Shown here: piece after piece, positions 1 to 9,166 of the stretch
How the letters are laid out: every line of letters starts with the position of its first letter
How positions within the stretch are numbered: the first letter of the stretch is position 1
Assembly: GCA_945859975.1 (NCBI GenBank)
Contig: CAMAPH010000002.1
Location: 91,768 to 155,767, forward strand
DNA length: 64,000 nt
Origin: Chthonomonas calidirosea
Lineage (GTDB): Bacteria > Armatimonadota > Fimbriimonadia > Fimbriimonadales > Fimbriimonadaceae
Reading direction: 5' to 3'
The notes under the pieces: model-generated
What the model was told of the DNA's origin: nothing
Databases searched by the model: none
What the model saw: the letters and a program-made list of their open reading frames with translations, nothing else
Made by a program: the position numbers and the translations under genes

Positions 1-2
1 CC

Positions 3-461
3 GAGGGCTTCACGATCGTCCGCGATCGGGACGCCTCGAAGGCGCTCAACTTCCGCCCCGGCCCGTTTGTGGTCATCGCCGGTTCCGGAATGGCAAACGC
101 GGGCCGGGTGGTTCACCACCTGATGCATCGGCTCGGACAAGCAAACACCCAGGTTCTTTTCACCGGCTACCAAGCCGAAGGCACGCTTGGGCGGCGACTG
201 ATGGACGGCGCCGATCGAGTCAAGATGCTCGGAACCGAAATTGCGGTCAAGGCAACCGTCGATAAACTGAACTCGCTCTCGGCCCACGCGGACCAGGATG
301 AGATTCTCAAATGGCTTGGCGGATTCCGACGCGCGCCAAAGACCACGTTCCTCGTTCACGGCGAACCGGATGCGCAACATGGACTTGAAGCGAGAATCAA
401 AGCCGACCTTGGCTGGAACGTTGAGATTCCTGCGATGAATCAGTCGTTCGAACTCTCCTAA
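3..461 (+). CDS. MBL-fold metallo-hydrolase, beta-CASP/RNA-specificity C-terminal part (5' truncated by window edge)
   Basis: Frame is open from base 3. Motifs IAGSGMANAGRVVHHL, GYQAEGTLGR, LSAHADQ and LVHGE are typical of beta-CASP ribonucleases. Confidence 0.9.
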   Translation, partial: EGFTIVRDRDASKALNFRPGPFVVIAGSGMANAGRVVHHLMHRLGQANTQVLFTGYQAEGTLGRRLMDGADRVKMLGTEIAVKATVDKLNSLSAHADQDEILKWLGGFRRAPKTTFLVHGEPDAQHGLEARIKADLGWNVEIPAMNQSFELS

Positions 462-464
462 CAT

Positions 465-1727
465 ATGGCTACACGAATGAAAATCCTCGTTATCGGATCT
501 GGAGCCCGCGAACACGCCCTCGTATGGCGACTCGCGCAAGAAGCAGACGTCATCTGCGCCCCGGGGAATCCGGGAATTGAGGATGAGGTCGAGTGTTTCG
601 CCGTCGCGGCCGTGGATACTCCCGGACTCATTGCTTTGGCCCGCGAGCACGCGGTGGACTTGGTCGTTTATGGACCTGAGGATCCGCTCATCCTCGGTGG
701 GGCCGACGCCTTTCGCGCGGCAGGCTTCGCCGTCTTCGGACCCGGCTCCGCAGGTGCCCAGTTGGAGGGGTCCAAGGCGTTCTCGAAGGAGTTCATGGTC
801 TCCGCTGGCATCCCGACGGCAACGCATGAGAGCTTCGTTGATGCGCAAACCGCGATCGAGTACGCCCGCATCCGATTTGCTGACGGCTACGGTGTCGTAG
901 TTAAGGCCTCCGGCAATGCGCTTGGCAAGGGTGTGATTGTCTGCGAGGATATCTTCGAAGCAGAAGATGCGATCCAGCGGATCATGGTGGACCGGATTTT
1001 TGGCGACGCTGGTGCCGAGATCGTGATTGAAGATCGGCTTGACGGTCGCGAATTCTCACTGTTCACCCTCATCAGCGACAACTACGCGGCGAGCTTGCCG
1101 ATTGCTAGAGACTACAAGCGCATCGGCACGGGTGATTCCGGGCCAAACACCGGTGGCATGGGCTCCTTCTCTCCTGACGCCTCAATCACACCCGACCTGC
1201 TTCACGAGGTCGAAGAACGGATTATCCGGCCGACGGTCATTGAACTCCATCGTCGAGGACTGCCTTACAGAGGGAACCTGTTCGCGGGCGTGATGCTCCA
1301 TAAAGGTCGCCCGCATTGCCTTGAATTCAATGTCCGGTTCGGTGATCCCGAGACGCAAAGCTTGATGGCAAGAATCCGTAGCGGATTCGCGGCGGCGCTA
1401 TATGCCGCGGCAATCGGCGAGGCGATCCCACCGGTGGAGATTTCAGATGATGCGGCGGTCACCGTAGTATTGGCTAGTGCGGGCTATCCCGGCGAATACA
1501 CGCGGGGCAAGAGGATAGAAGTCGGCCCGGTCGCCGAAAACGTGAAGCTGTTCCATGCCGGAACAACGGTCGTAGACGGCTGGCTGGTCACGAACGGTGG
1601 AAGGGTAATGAGCGTGACCGCGACGGGAGAAACCGTGGAGGCCGCACGGTTTGCCGCGTACCAGGCCGTTAGTTCGGTGCGTTTCGAAGGAATGCAGTAC
1701 CGCTCGGATATCGCCGAATCCATCTAG
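465..1727 (+). CDS. purD: Phosphoribosylamine-glycine ligase
   Basis: GSGAREHAL, APGNPG, LEGSKAFSKEF, GPNTGGMG, EFNVRFGDPE and TNGGRV motifs. Confidence 0.97.
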   Translation: MATRMKILVIGSGAREHALVWRLAQEADVICAPGNPGIEDEVECFAVAAVDTPGLIALAREHAVDLVVYGPEDPLILGGADAFRAAGFAVFGPGSAGAQLEGSKAFSKEFMVSAGIPTATHESFVDAQTAIEYARIRFADGYGVVVKASGNALGKGVIVCEDIFEAEDAIQRIMVDRIFGDAGAEIVIEDRLDGREFSLFTLISDNYAASLPIARDYKRIGTGDSGPNTGGMGSFSPDASITPDLLHEVEERIIRPTVIELHRRGLPYRGNLFAGVMLHKGRPHCLEFNVRFGDPETQSLMARIRSGFAAALYAAAIGEAIPPVEISDDAAVTVVLASAGYPGEYTRGKRIEVGPVAENVKLFHAGTTVVDGWLVTNGGRVMSVTATGETVEAARFAAYQAVSSVRFEGMQYRSDIAESI

Positions 1728-1740
1728 CGGGGTCCCAAAA

Positions 1741-1765
1741 TAAAAAGGGGTGCCCGAAGGCACCC
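1741..1765 (-). terminator. Intrinsic terminator-like hairpin with its U-tract on the minus strand
   Basis: GGGTGCC-CGAA-GGCACCC (1748-1765), preceded on the + strand by an A-run. Confidence 0.6.
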
Positions 1766-1863
1766 GCTCTCCTTTCAACACACAAAGGAACTAAGCAACG
1801 ATTCGTTGACTTTGGGCCAGAAAAGAAAGTTCCAACAAATTTTTCGGCTGGTACCCTTTCGGT

Positions 1864-3159
1864 GTGATTGACCGCTATTGCACCCCTGCGATGACCGAGA
1901 TTTGGTCCCAAAACGCGAAGTACCAGACTTGGCAAGACGTGGAGGTTGCGATTGTGGAAGGGCACGTTGCGCTCGGACAAGTGCCGGCAGAAGCGCTCGC
2001 CGCAATCCAGACCCGTGCTTCCTTCACGGTCGAGCGATGCGAAGAGCTTGAGAAAGAAACCCGTCACGACCTGATGGCGTTCGTGCGAAATCTGAGCGAG
2101 AACATTGGGCCCGAAGGTCGATTTGTTCACTTGGGCGTCACCAGTTACGACGTCATCGACACCGCGCTCGGGATCATGCTTCGCAACTCCTGCGACGTGC
2201 TTCTGGCTAGCGGAGAAAGGCTTGCAACGGAAATTGCTCGACTCGCGAAAGAGCACGCCAACACGCCATGTATCGGCCGTACCCACGGCATCCATGCCGA
2301 GCCCATCACTTTCGGATTCAAGTGCGCCAACTGGTACGCCGAACTCCAGCGAAACCTGGAGCGCCTGCGTACGGCTAGAGCAGAGGTATCCGTAGGCAAG
2401 GTCAGCGGCGCGGTCGGCGTGCATGCGATCGCTTCACCAGAGCTCGAAGTCTGGGTGTGCAATCGTCTCGGACTCCAGGCCGACCCTGCCAGCACGCAGA
2501 TCATCAATCGAGATCGTCACGCAAACTTTTTAAATGTCCTTGCCCTTCTCGGCGCTGGACTTGAACGCATCGCAACCGAGCTGCGGAACCTGCAGCGAAC
2601 CGAGATTTTGGAAGTCCAGGAGGCATTTGCCAAGGGACAAACCGGAAGCAGCGCGATGCCGCACAAGCGGAACCCGTGGAACAGCGAGACGGTCTGCGGC
2701 CTTGCTCGGTTGCTTCGAGCGAATTCCCACGCGATGTTGGAAAGCGTTGCCACTTGGCACGAGCGCGACCTCACGAACTCTTCCCTCGAGCGGATCATTT
2801 TCCCGGACTCATGCCAACTTGCCGACTTCATGCTGAACCGACTAACCAGCATCTTGGCGGGACTACAAGTCTTCCCTGAGCGAATGCATCAGAACCTGCG
2901 CCTCATGGGTGATCTCGTTTTCTCGGAGCATGTGATGATCTCGCTCGTTCAAGCCGGGATGGCTCGCGAGGACGCTTACAAGGTTGCCCAGCGGAATGCG
3001 GCGAAGAGTTGGGAGGGCGAAGATTTCCGCACTTCCGTTACGAACGATCCCGACGTTCAGAGTCGCCTCACCCAAGAGCAGATTGATGAGATTTTCAGCC
3101 TTGAGCACCACCTCCGGCACGCAGGTCACACCATCGCGGCGGTTGGACTAAAAGGCTGA
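1864..3159 (+). CDS. purB: Adenylosuccinate lyase
   Basis: MIDRY start, GRTHGIHAEP, and the fumarase/ASL signature GSSAMPHKRNP. Confidence 0.97.
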   Translation: MIDRYCTPAMTEIWSQNAKYQTWQDVEVAIVEGHVALGQVPAEALAAIQTRASFTVERCEELEKETRHDLMAFVRNLSENIGPEGRFVHLGVTSYDVIDTALGIMLRNSCDVLLASGERLATEIARLAKEHANTPCIGRTHGIHAEPITFGFKCANWYAELQRNLERLRTARAEVSVGKVSGAVGVHAIASPELEVWVCNRLGLQADPASTQIINRDRHANFLNVLALLGAGLERIATELRNLQRTEILEVQEAFAKGQTGSSAMPHKRNPWNSETVCGLARLLRANSHAMLESVATWHERDLTNSSLERIIFPDSCQLADFMLNRLTSILAGLQVFPERMHQNLRLMGDLVFSEHVMISLVQAGMAREDAYKVAQRNAAKSWEGEDFRTSVTNDPDVQSRLTQEQIDEIFSLEHHLRHAGHTIAAVGLKG

Positions 3160-3160
3160 A

Positions 3161-3820
3161 ATGTGCGCGAGATTCGGCGTCCAGCTTTCCCAAGCTCAGC
3201 TTGAGCTGACCTTCGGAATTGCGCCGGAAGAAGACGAACTTCTGGATCAACCGGAGGTTCGTCCGACGGACATGTCGATCATTCTGGCCTCCGACGCGGA
3301 AAGCCAAAGATGGCGCAAAGTTCGCTGGGGACTCGTGCCGAGCTGGGCTAAGGACGACCGCTCCGCGGCCAACCTCATCAACGCCCGAAGTGAAACGGCC
3401 GCCGAAAAGCCCTCCTTTCGCGAAGCGATGAGTAAGCGCCGGTGCGTCGTTCCGGCGAGCTTTTACGTGGAGTGGCGTGACGAGGCTGCGGACGTGCAAC
3501 TCAACTTGTTCGGTGAGCCTACGGCAATCTCCAAGCCCAAGAAAGTCAAGTACGCCTTCTTTCGGGCTGACGCCGAGGTCACCATCCTGGCCGGCCTGTG
3601 GGAACGATGGGCCGCTCCGGACGGTCCGCTTGAGACCTTCACCATCCTCACGTGCGCCCCAAATGAGCTTGCTGGTGAGTTTCACGACCGCATGCCGTGC
3701 TTACTGAGTGATGAGGATGCAGAAACTTGGCTTCGCCCAAGCACAACGGTCGAAGAAGCTCAAGCACTTCTTCGACCGTTTGATTCCGCCCAGATGGGTA
3801 CTCGGCTAATCGCCGACTGA
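3161..3820 (+). CDS. SOS response-associated peptidase (SRAP/YedK/HMCES family)
   Basis: MCARF N-terminus with catalytic Cys2, WGLVPSW, INARSET, RRCVVPA, FYVEW and HDRMP. Confidence 0.9.
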   Translation: MCARFGVQLSQAQLELTFGIAPEEDELLDQPEVRPTDMSIILASDAESQRWRKVRWGLVPSWAKDDRSAANLINARSETAAEKPSFREAMSKRRCVVPASFYVEWRDEAADVQLNLFGEPTAISKPKKVKYAFFRADAEVTILAGLWERWAAPDGPLETFTILTCAPNELAGEFHDRMPCLLSDEDAETWLRPSTTVEEAQALLRPFDSAQMGTRLIAD

Positions 3821-3821
3821 G

Positions 3822-4820
3822 TTATTCGCCGAGCAAACCGTTTAGGTAAGCCGCGAGCCGGTAGCCGCCGAGCACCGCCATTTTTCGCGAAAGATCTGCG
3901 GTTCGGCGCTCATAGCCTGCGGGCACCACGCCGCGGTTGGTAAGGCCACGGTAGACCTCGGCAACCGCCACCTCGCTCTGTCGCTTGGCGATCGCTTCCC
4001 AGTTCAGGTTGGCAACGTCCTCATCCTTCGGCTTAAGATCAGCCCGCGAAAGCCACGCGTTCGTTACCGCGACGAAGCTCGTGAGCCCATCCTGCTTCAG
4101 AGCCTTTTCGATTCCGTCATCCCAATAACCATGCAGTCGGGTCTCGGTCGCGCTCGGAGTCACCTTAATGAAGAATTGATTCCCACCATCATCGCCTCCA
4201 GGGAGGAATTCGCGACCAAAGTGCTCTGAGCAATGCAATGGTTGGTGAATATCGGCGATCACGTGCGTCGCCCAGTAAATCCAGAATGCGCCTTCGCGGT
4301 ACTTCTGATTGGTTCCGGCGAGGGTGGTTCGCAACCCATTGTCTATCTGCTTCAAGCCATAGAGCGCGTTTGAGGGGCGTGGCGGCGCTGGTGTTCCCGA
4401 GCCGGCAAAGAACAACGGGAAATCTACGTAGTGCCAAGTCTTCATCCGGTTCTCCTCGCTTCCACGCTGGAACGGATCTTGCGTAGGCTTCGTCCCCGGA
4501 GACTGCTTGTTAAGGTTGTTCACCCAGTCTTCAAACCGCTCAGACGGCTTTCCTTTGATGTCGTCCGGCCACAGACCTGCCTCGCGGAACCACGGTCGAA
4601 CCCGACTTTCGAGGTACTGCTCGGAGTACACATTATCGATGGGCCGCTTTGGCTGATAGGCGGTGTCCCCTTCAATGAGCGCACGAGCAATCTTTGCTTT
4701 CACCGCAGGCTTGAGAAGCTTCCAGGCGATGTCGTTGACTTGCTGGTGACCGATGCCATCCCAGCCGAAAGCCGAAGCTCCGGCAGCGAGGGTGAGCACG
4801 AGGCAGATATTGCGGCGCAT
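3822..4820 (-). CDS. Secreted S1/P1 nuclease
   Basis: Signal peptide followed by WDGIGH, WPDDIK, WHYVDFP, HVIADIHQPLH and LHGYWD. ATG 4820 chosen because GAGGT lies upstream. Confidence 0.9.
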   Translation of the reverse strand: MRRNICLVLTLAAGASAFGWDGIGHQQVNDIAWKLLKPAVKAKIARALIEGDTAYQPKRPIDNVYSEQYLESRVRPWFREAGLWPDDIKGKPSERFEDWVNNLNKQSPGTKPTQDPFQRGSEENRMKTWHYVDFPLFFAGSGTPAPPRPSNALYGLKQIDNGLRTTLAGTNQKYREGAFWIYWATHVIADIHQPLHCSEHFGREFLPGGDDGGNQFFIKVTPSATETRLHGYWDDGIEKALKQDGLTSFVAVTNAWLSRADLKPKDEDVANLNWEAIAKRQSEVAVAEVYRGLTNRGVVPAGYERRTADLSRKMAVLGGYRLAAYLNGLLGE

Positions 4821-4984
4821 GCCTATGGATACCTCAGACATCTAGAGTTTCATGCAACTATCCGAGACCCTCGTGATCAAATCTATCGCTTCATAAGGAT
4901 GGAAAATTGCACTGATTCTATCGAACCGAATCTACTTAATGACCATCATACGAGAGGGACTCATGTCCCATCTAAGTTGCCGTC

Positions 4985-7798
4985 ATGAAAGCCGGACCAT
5001 TTGCACTCGCCCTATTCACGCTCTCAACAATGTCGTTGGCAGACAGCCCGCAATCGCGCCAGGCCGGCGTCCGATGGCTTTCTGACATCGTGATTCAACT
5101 TAAGCCGAACCAGAACGCAGAGATTTTCGCCACTCTCAACGGCCTCAAGTACAAACGCGCGCTCCCTTCGATGAAGGACAGTTTTGTCTTCACCGTCGCC
5201 AATTCGTCCCTCGTGCCAGATGAAGTCGCTCGCTTGCGACGGAACCGAAACGTCATTGGCGCTTGGCAAGACGTAGTCGCGCCACGAATGCAGTGCCAGT
5301 TCGTTCCCAACGACCCGTACATCAATGCAATCGAGACGCAACCCAACGCCCCGTCCGATGACACGTACTATTACGGCCAAGCCGTTATCGGGTTCGAAGC
5401 GTTCGCGCAGTCATACACCGGCTCGTCCAAGGGGTATTCGCCGTTTCCAATCCCGATCAACTTTCTTGATGACGGTTTCGAAGGTGCTCACCCAGACGTA
5501 GCCATCAACACGTTTGGTTATGATTTCATCGGAAACGATAACGACGTCCGTCAGCCTGGTTCCTTCCACGGCACCGCGATGATCGGTTTGGCAACCGCCC
5601 GAGGCGGAAACGGGATTGGAGTCTGTGGTACGGCTCCTCACGCAACGGCGAATGGAGTCCGCGTCAACGTCGTTTCTGGCCCGATCTCTGCCTATGTAAA
5701 CGCCATGAATAGCGGCTATCCAAATAGCGCCATGGTTCACGGAAGCGTGATCGCGACTCCTTGGCTCTCTGCCCCACTGGCTCGCACCGGCCTACAACAG
5801 TCGAGTACGAACCTCAGCCTCGTGCATTTGATGCCGTCCGGAAACATGAATCGAACGGCGGAAGCCGATGAGATGCTCACCAGTTCGGATGTGATCGTTG
5901 TAAGCGGCTACAACATTAACACGTCAACCGGAGATAACGAGATGATCGAAAACTCGGCGTTCGGCCCGAACGTTTTCTGCACGGCGCCGGCGTCGATTTC
6001 TAGGGAGCCGAGCATGTTCGGCTCGCCACCGATACTGCGGGGCTTCGGAACCACCGAATCTCTGTCCGGAGGGTTTGGCTCAGACGGGCGCCTGCTTTCT
6101 GGCTATACCGACCGGTTCTCGGGCACGAGCGCATCGGTCGCGATGATGGGAGGCGTGATGGCCCAGTTCCAAGAGTCGGTCCTGAGCCGGCCAAGCATGT
6201 TCCAGACCCGCGTCATTAAGCATCTGATCGCGAGAAACTCCACCCCGATCAATACCGAGGACAACACCAATCCACGCGGCGGCTGGATTACGAACGCCGC
6301 CGGGCGCCAGTTCAACAACAGCTACGGGTTCGGACGAGTTCGGGTGCTCGACATGATTCGGGACGGAGCGATGTTCGATGGAGTCACCGCTCCAAGCTTT
6401 ACGTCGAACGCACTCGAAAATCCGGTTGGTATTCCAGACAACGATGTCGTCTCCATTCCATTCGAAATGTCTGCGGCGGCACCGCTTGAGGATGTCCAGC
6501 TGTTTCTGAATACCGATCACAACAACATCGGGCAGCTTCGAATCGAGCTGGTGAGTCCAGCGGGGACGGTTGCTTTGTTGAAACCCGAAGACTTCTCTGA
6601 CACCACAAACGGTCTGGTGTGGAACTTTAGTGCCAATACGTTTTGGGGCGAAGCGGCCACCGGAACTTGGCAACTGAACATCAGCGACCTCTCGCTAGGA
6701 ACGGCTGGAACGGTTGATGCTGCCATTCTTCGCCTGAACACCGGACAGCTGATTCCGCGAGGTGTGGTGAACGATGCGCAGTTCATCGATGCTACTTTCC
6801 GAACTCCGCTGTATCGTGGAGCTCAGACCGAAGCTACCGTTACCCTTCGCAACACTGGTTCAACGACTTGGAGCGAAGCCCAGTCCTACCGACTGATCTC
6901 ACTTCCGTTCGGAACAAACACCTGGGGACGAGTCAACGTTGCCTTGGGACCTACGGAGACGGTCGCACCCGGAATGCTCAAGACATTCCGCTTTAACATC
7001 GTCGCACCGAATACAGTTGGTTTCCACCTGTTCCAATGGCAAATGCGACGGGGCGCTGCACCGGCGGCAAACTTTGGTCAGACCACTCCGTTCCGAATGC
7101 TGGAAGTACGCGACGGCAACGATGCGCAGTTCGTGAGCTTCTCCACTCCAACGTTTATGCAGGCAGGTCAGCGCTATTACGTGCGAGTGATCATGAAGAA
7201 CGTCGGAACGCGATCTTGGACCAATGCTGGCAACTACTATCTCGTTTCGCAAAACCCGTTCAACAACACCACTTGGGGCCGAAACAACGTGCCACTTCCC
7301 GTGACCGACAACGTTCGAACGAACCAGTCGAAGGAGTACTTCTTCCCCGTTATCGCACCGAATACTCGCGGATTTGTGAACATGCAATGGCGAATGCGGG
7401 AAGGCGGTCGTGAGAACTTCGGCGACTTTACAAACAACGTTCCGGTGTACGTGACCCCCGACAAAGGTGTCCTGGTATCGGAGAACTTCGATGGCGACTT
7501 CTTTGCCGGTGGAACGGTGAGCTACACCATCACGATGCGCAATACCGGAACGTCAACATGGACCCGAGGAAGCTTTGACCTCGTTTCGTTGATTCCAGAA
7601 GCCGTCACCACTTGGGGTTGGCTCAGCGAGCCGATTCCTGAGGGTGTCTCCGTTCCGCCCGGTGGAACCTTGGCGCTTTCGGTGAACCTGCGCTGCCCGC
7701 TCGTTCCTGGGGAGTATCCGTTCGAGGTTGGGTTCCGGCACACCACATCGAATCGCTTCTTTATCAATGGAGCACCTCGAACGTTCACCGTAAACTAG
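4985..7798 (+). CDS. Secreted kexin-like S8 serine peptidase with P-domain and three NBR1-Ig-like C-terminal repeats
   Basis: Triad FLDDG / HGTAMIG / FSGTSAS, YGFGRV, P-domain LELVSPAGT...ATGTWQLNISD, and three repeats of xMRNTGxxTW...VAPG...FQWQMR. Confidence 0.85.
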   Translation: MKAGPFALALFTLSTMSLADSPQSRQAGVRWLSDIVIQLKPNQNAEIFATLNGLKYKRALPSMKDSFVFTVANSSLVPDEVARLRRNRNVIGAWQDVVAPRMQCQFVPNDPYINAIETQPNAPSDDTYYYGQAVIGFEAFAQSYTGSSKGYSPFPIPINFLDDGFEGAHPDVAINTFGYDFIGNDNDVRQPGSFHGTAMIGLATARGGNGIGVCGTAPHATANGVRVNVVSGPISAYVNAMNSGYPNSAMVHGSVIATPWLSAPLARTGLQQSSTNLSLVHLMPSGNMNRTAEADEMLTSSDVIVVSGYNINTSTGDNEMIENSAFGPNVFCTAPASISREPSMFGSPPILRGFGTTESLSGGFGSDGRLLSGYTDRFSGTSASVAMMGGVMAQFQESVLSRPSMFQTRVIKHLIARNSTPINTEDNTNPRGGWITNAAGRQFNNSYGFGRVRVLDMIRDGAMFDGVTAPSFTSNALENPVGIPDNDVVSIPFEMSAAAPLEDVQLFLNTDHNNIGQLRIELVSPAGTVALLKPEDFSDTTNGLVWNFSANTFWGEAATGTWQLNISDLSLGTAGTVDAAILRLNTGQLIPRGVVNDAQFIDATFRTPLYRGAQTEATVTLRNTGSTTWSEAQSYRLISLPFGTNTWGRVNVALGPTETVAPGMLKTFRFNIVAPNTVGFHLFQWQMRRGAAPAANFGQTTPFRMLEVRDGNDAQFVSFSTPTFMQAGQRYYVRVIMKNVGTRSWTNAGNYYLVSQNPFNNTTWGRNNVPLPVTDNVRTNQSKEYFFPVIAPNTRGFVNMQWRMREGGRENFGDFTNNVPVYVTPDKGVLVSENFDGDFFAGGTVSYTITMRNTGTSTWTRGSFDLVSLIPEAVTTWGWLSEPIPEGVSVPPGGTLALSVNLRCPLVPGEYPFEVGFRHTTSNRFFINGAPRTFTVN

Positions 7799-7807
7799 GC
7801 TCGACAA

Positions 7808-7846
7808 TGCGACGGGCAGTCAGAAATGGCCGCCCGTCGCAACTTT
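7808..7846 (+). terminator. Probable intrinsic terminator
   Basis: TGCGACGGGC...GCCCGTCGCA stem followed by a short T-run after the S8 stop codon. Confidence 0.5.
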
Positions 7847-7952
7847 ATCAGCTTAAAATTCTCAATTCTTTATAAATTGGGAACCATTTTGTCCTTCGCG
7901 GACTTAGAATGGATTGTAGGCAGTGATTCTGCCCCCAAACGAGGAAAAGACC

Positions 7953-8489
7953 ATGATCAACACCCTAATCGCTCTCAGCGCCGTCGCGTTCGCTGGCCCT
8001 AACTCTGGTCTCAAGCCAGGCGAAGCCATCACGCCTTTCCACCCAACGCACGTTGCTGGCCCTCTCGCTGGTTCGACCGACTGCTTCCCTTGCACCTTCC
8101 AGAACCGACCACAGGTTCAGGTTTGGGTTAACGGCGATGACAGCGCAAACGTTGGCAAGATCGTCAGCGCCCTCAACAAGGCCGTCGAAGCTAACAAGTC
8201 AAGCGAATTCAAGGCCATGGTCGTCATCCTCGCACCAGCCGGAAAGAAAGCTGCCTACGTCAGCATGGTTAAGGGAATGATTCCAAACCTCAAGCAGGCA
8301 ACCGCAGTTTCGGTTCTCGAGAAGAACGAAGATGCCGTCAGCGCATACAAGATCAACACCTCGGCCGACGTCAAGAACACCGTTTTGGTCTACAAGAACT
8401 GGAAGGTCGCACAGACGATGACCAACCTCAAGGCAGACGAAGCTGGCGTTAAGTCGCTCAACGCTGCTATCGCAAAGATCGCTAAGTAA
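7953..8489 (+). CDS. Secreted hypothetical protein with a CxxC motif (possible thioredoxin-like fold)
   Basis: GAGGA RBS at 7941-7945, signal peptide, DCFPC, strongly biased codon usage. Confidence 0.75.
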   Translation: MINTLIALSAVAFAGPNSGLKPGEAITPFHPTHVAGPLAGSTDCFPCTFQNRPQVQVWVNGDDSANVGKIVSALNKAVEANKSSEFKAMVVILAPAGKKAAYVSMVKGMIPNLKQATAVSVLEKNEDAVSAYKINTSADVKNTVLVYKNWKVAQTMTNLKADEAGVKSLNAAIAKIAK

Positions 8490-8506
8490 GTTAGTCGATC
8501 CGTGCC

Positions 8507-8539
8507 GCCCCGCTGAAGTGATTCAGCGGGGCTTTTTTT
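8507..8539 (+). terminator. Intrinsic terminator
   Basis: GCCCCGCTGAA-GTGA-TTCAGCGGGGC followed by T7. Confidence 0.85.
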
Positions 8540-8557
8540 CGCCTCATTGCGACCGAA

Positions 8558-9166
8558 GTGCTGTATCATGGTTGGCAAGTGGCAATAGCGAGAAATCTAA
8601 GAGAGCGTGCGGGCAAGCGTGGTTTCTCGCTGCTTGAACTTCTCGTGGTGCTGGCGATCTTAGCCGTCCTTGCCGCGCTGCTGTACCCCGTGTTTGTCTC
8701 AACGCAACGCAGCGCTCGAACGACTGAGACCATCGCCAAGTTGCGAAACATTGCCATCGCGACGGCTTTGTACCGCGCTGAGCATGATGGGGATGGCAAC
8801 TTTGGGACTCCAGCGGAAATGGGTTTGCCGACCTTTTTTCAGATGGACTTAATAATGCGGCGCGATGACAATCCGTTTTTCAAGCGATCGATGTTTGAAC
8901 CCGCATGTGACTGGCACGGAGTCGAGGGAGGCTTTACATTCGGTTATGTGGAAGAAGAGGACAACGAATGGATGCCAATCCTAAAAAGATTGCGAGGCGA
9001 TTTTCCTTTGGTATACACAACCGGCTGCACACCTCCTCGTGCATCGCTGCATAACCCATATATGCCAACGCTTTTTCTCGGAAACGCAGTGGATGGTCAC
9101 TTAATCCGGTTCACTACCCACGGGAATCCGGAGTTTTCAGAATACTGGAAGGATTGGAGCCCGTGA
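8558..9166 (+). CDS. Prepilin-type N-terminal cleavage/methylation domain protein (start uncertain)
   Basis: KRG|FSLLELLVVLAILAVLAALLYPVF class III signal. Confidence 0.8.
   Translation: MLYHGWQVAIARNLRERAGKRGFSLLELLVVLAILAVLAALLYPVFVSTQRSARTTETIAKLRNIAIATALYRAEHDGDGNFGTPAEMGLPTFFQMDLIMRRDDNPFFKRSMFEPACDWHGVEGGFTFGYVEEEDNEWMPILKRLRGDFPLVYTTGCTPPRASLHNPYMPTLFLGNAVDGHLIRFTTHGNPEFSEYWKDWSP

Noticed and set aside
1775-2005. 76-aa minus-strand ORF ending before the 1741-1765 terminator
   Set aside because: It is mostly antisense to purB, has no RBS and no recognisable motif.
3161-4820. SRAP plus S1/P1 nuclease as a DNA-repair or defence pair
   Set aside because: They are convergent and the nuclease is secreted. 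There is no evidence of functional coupling.
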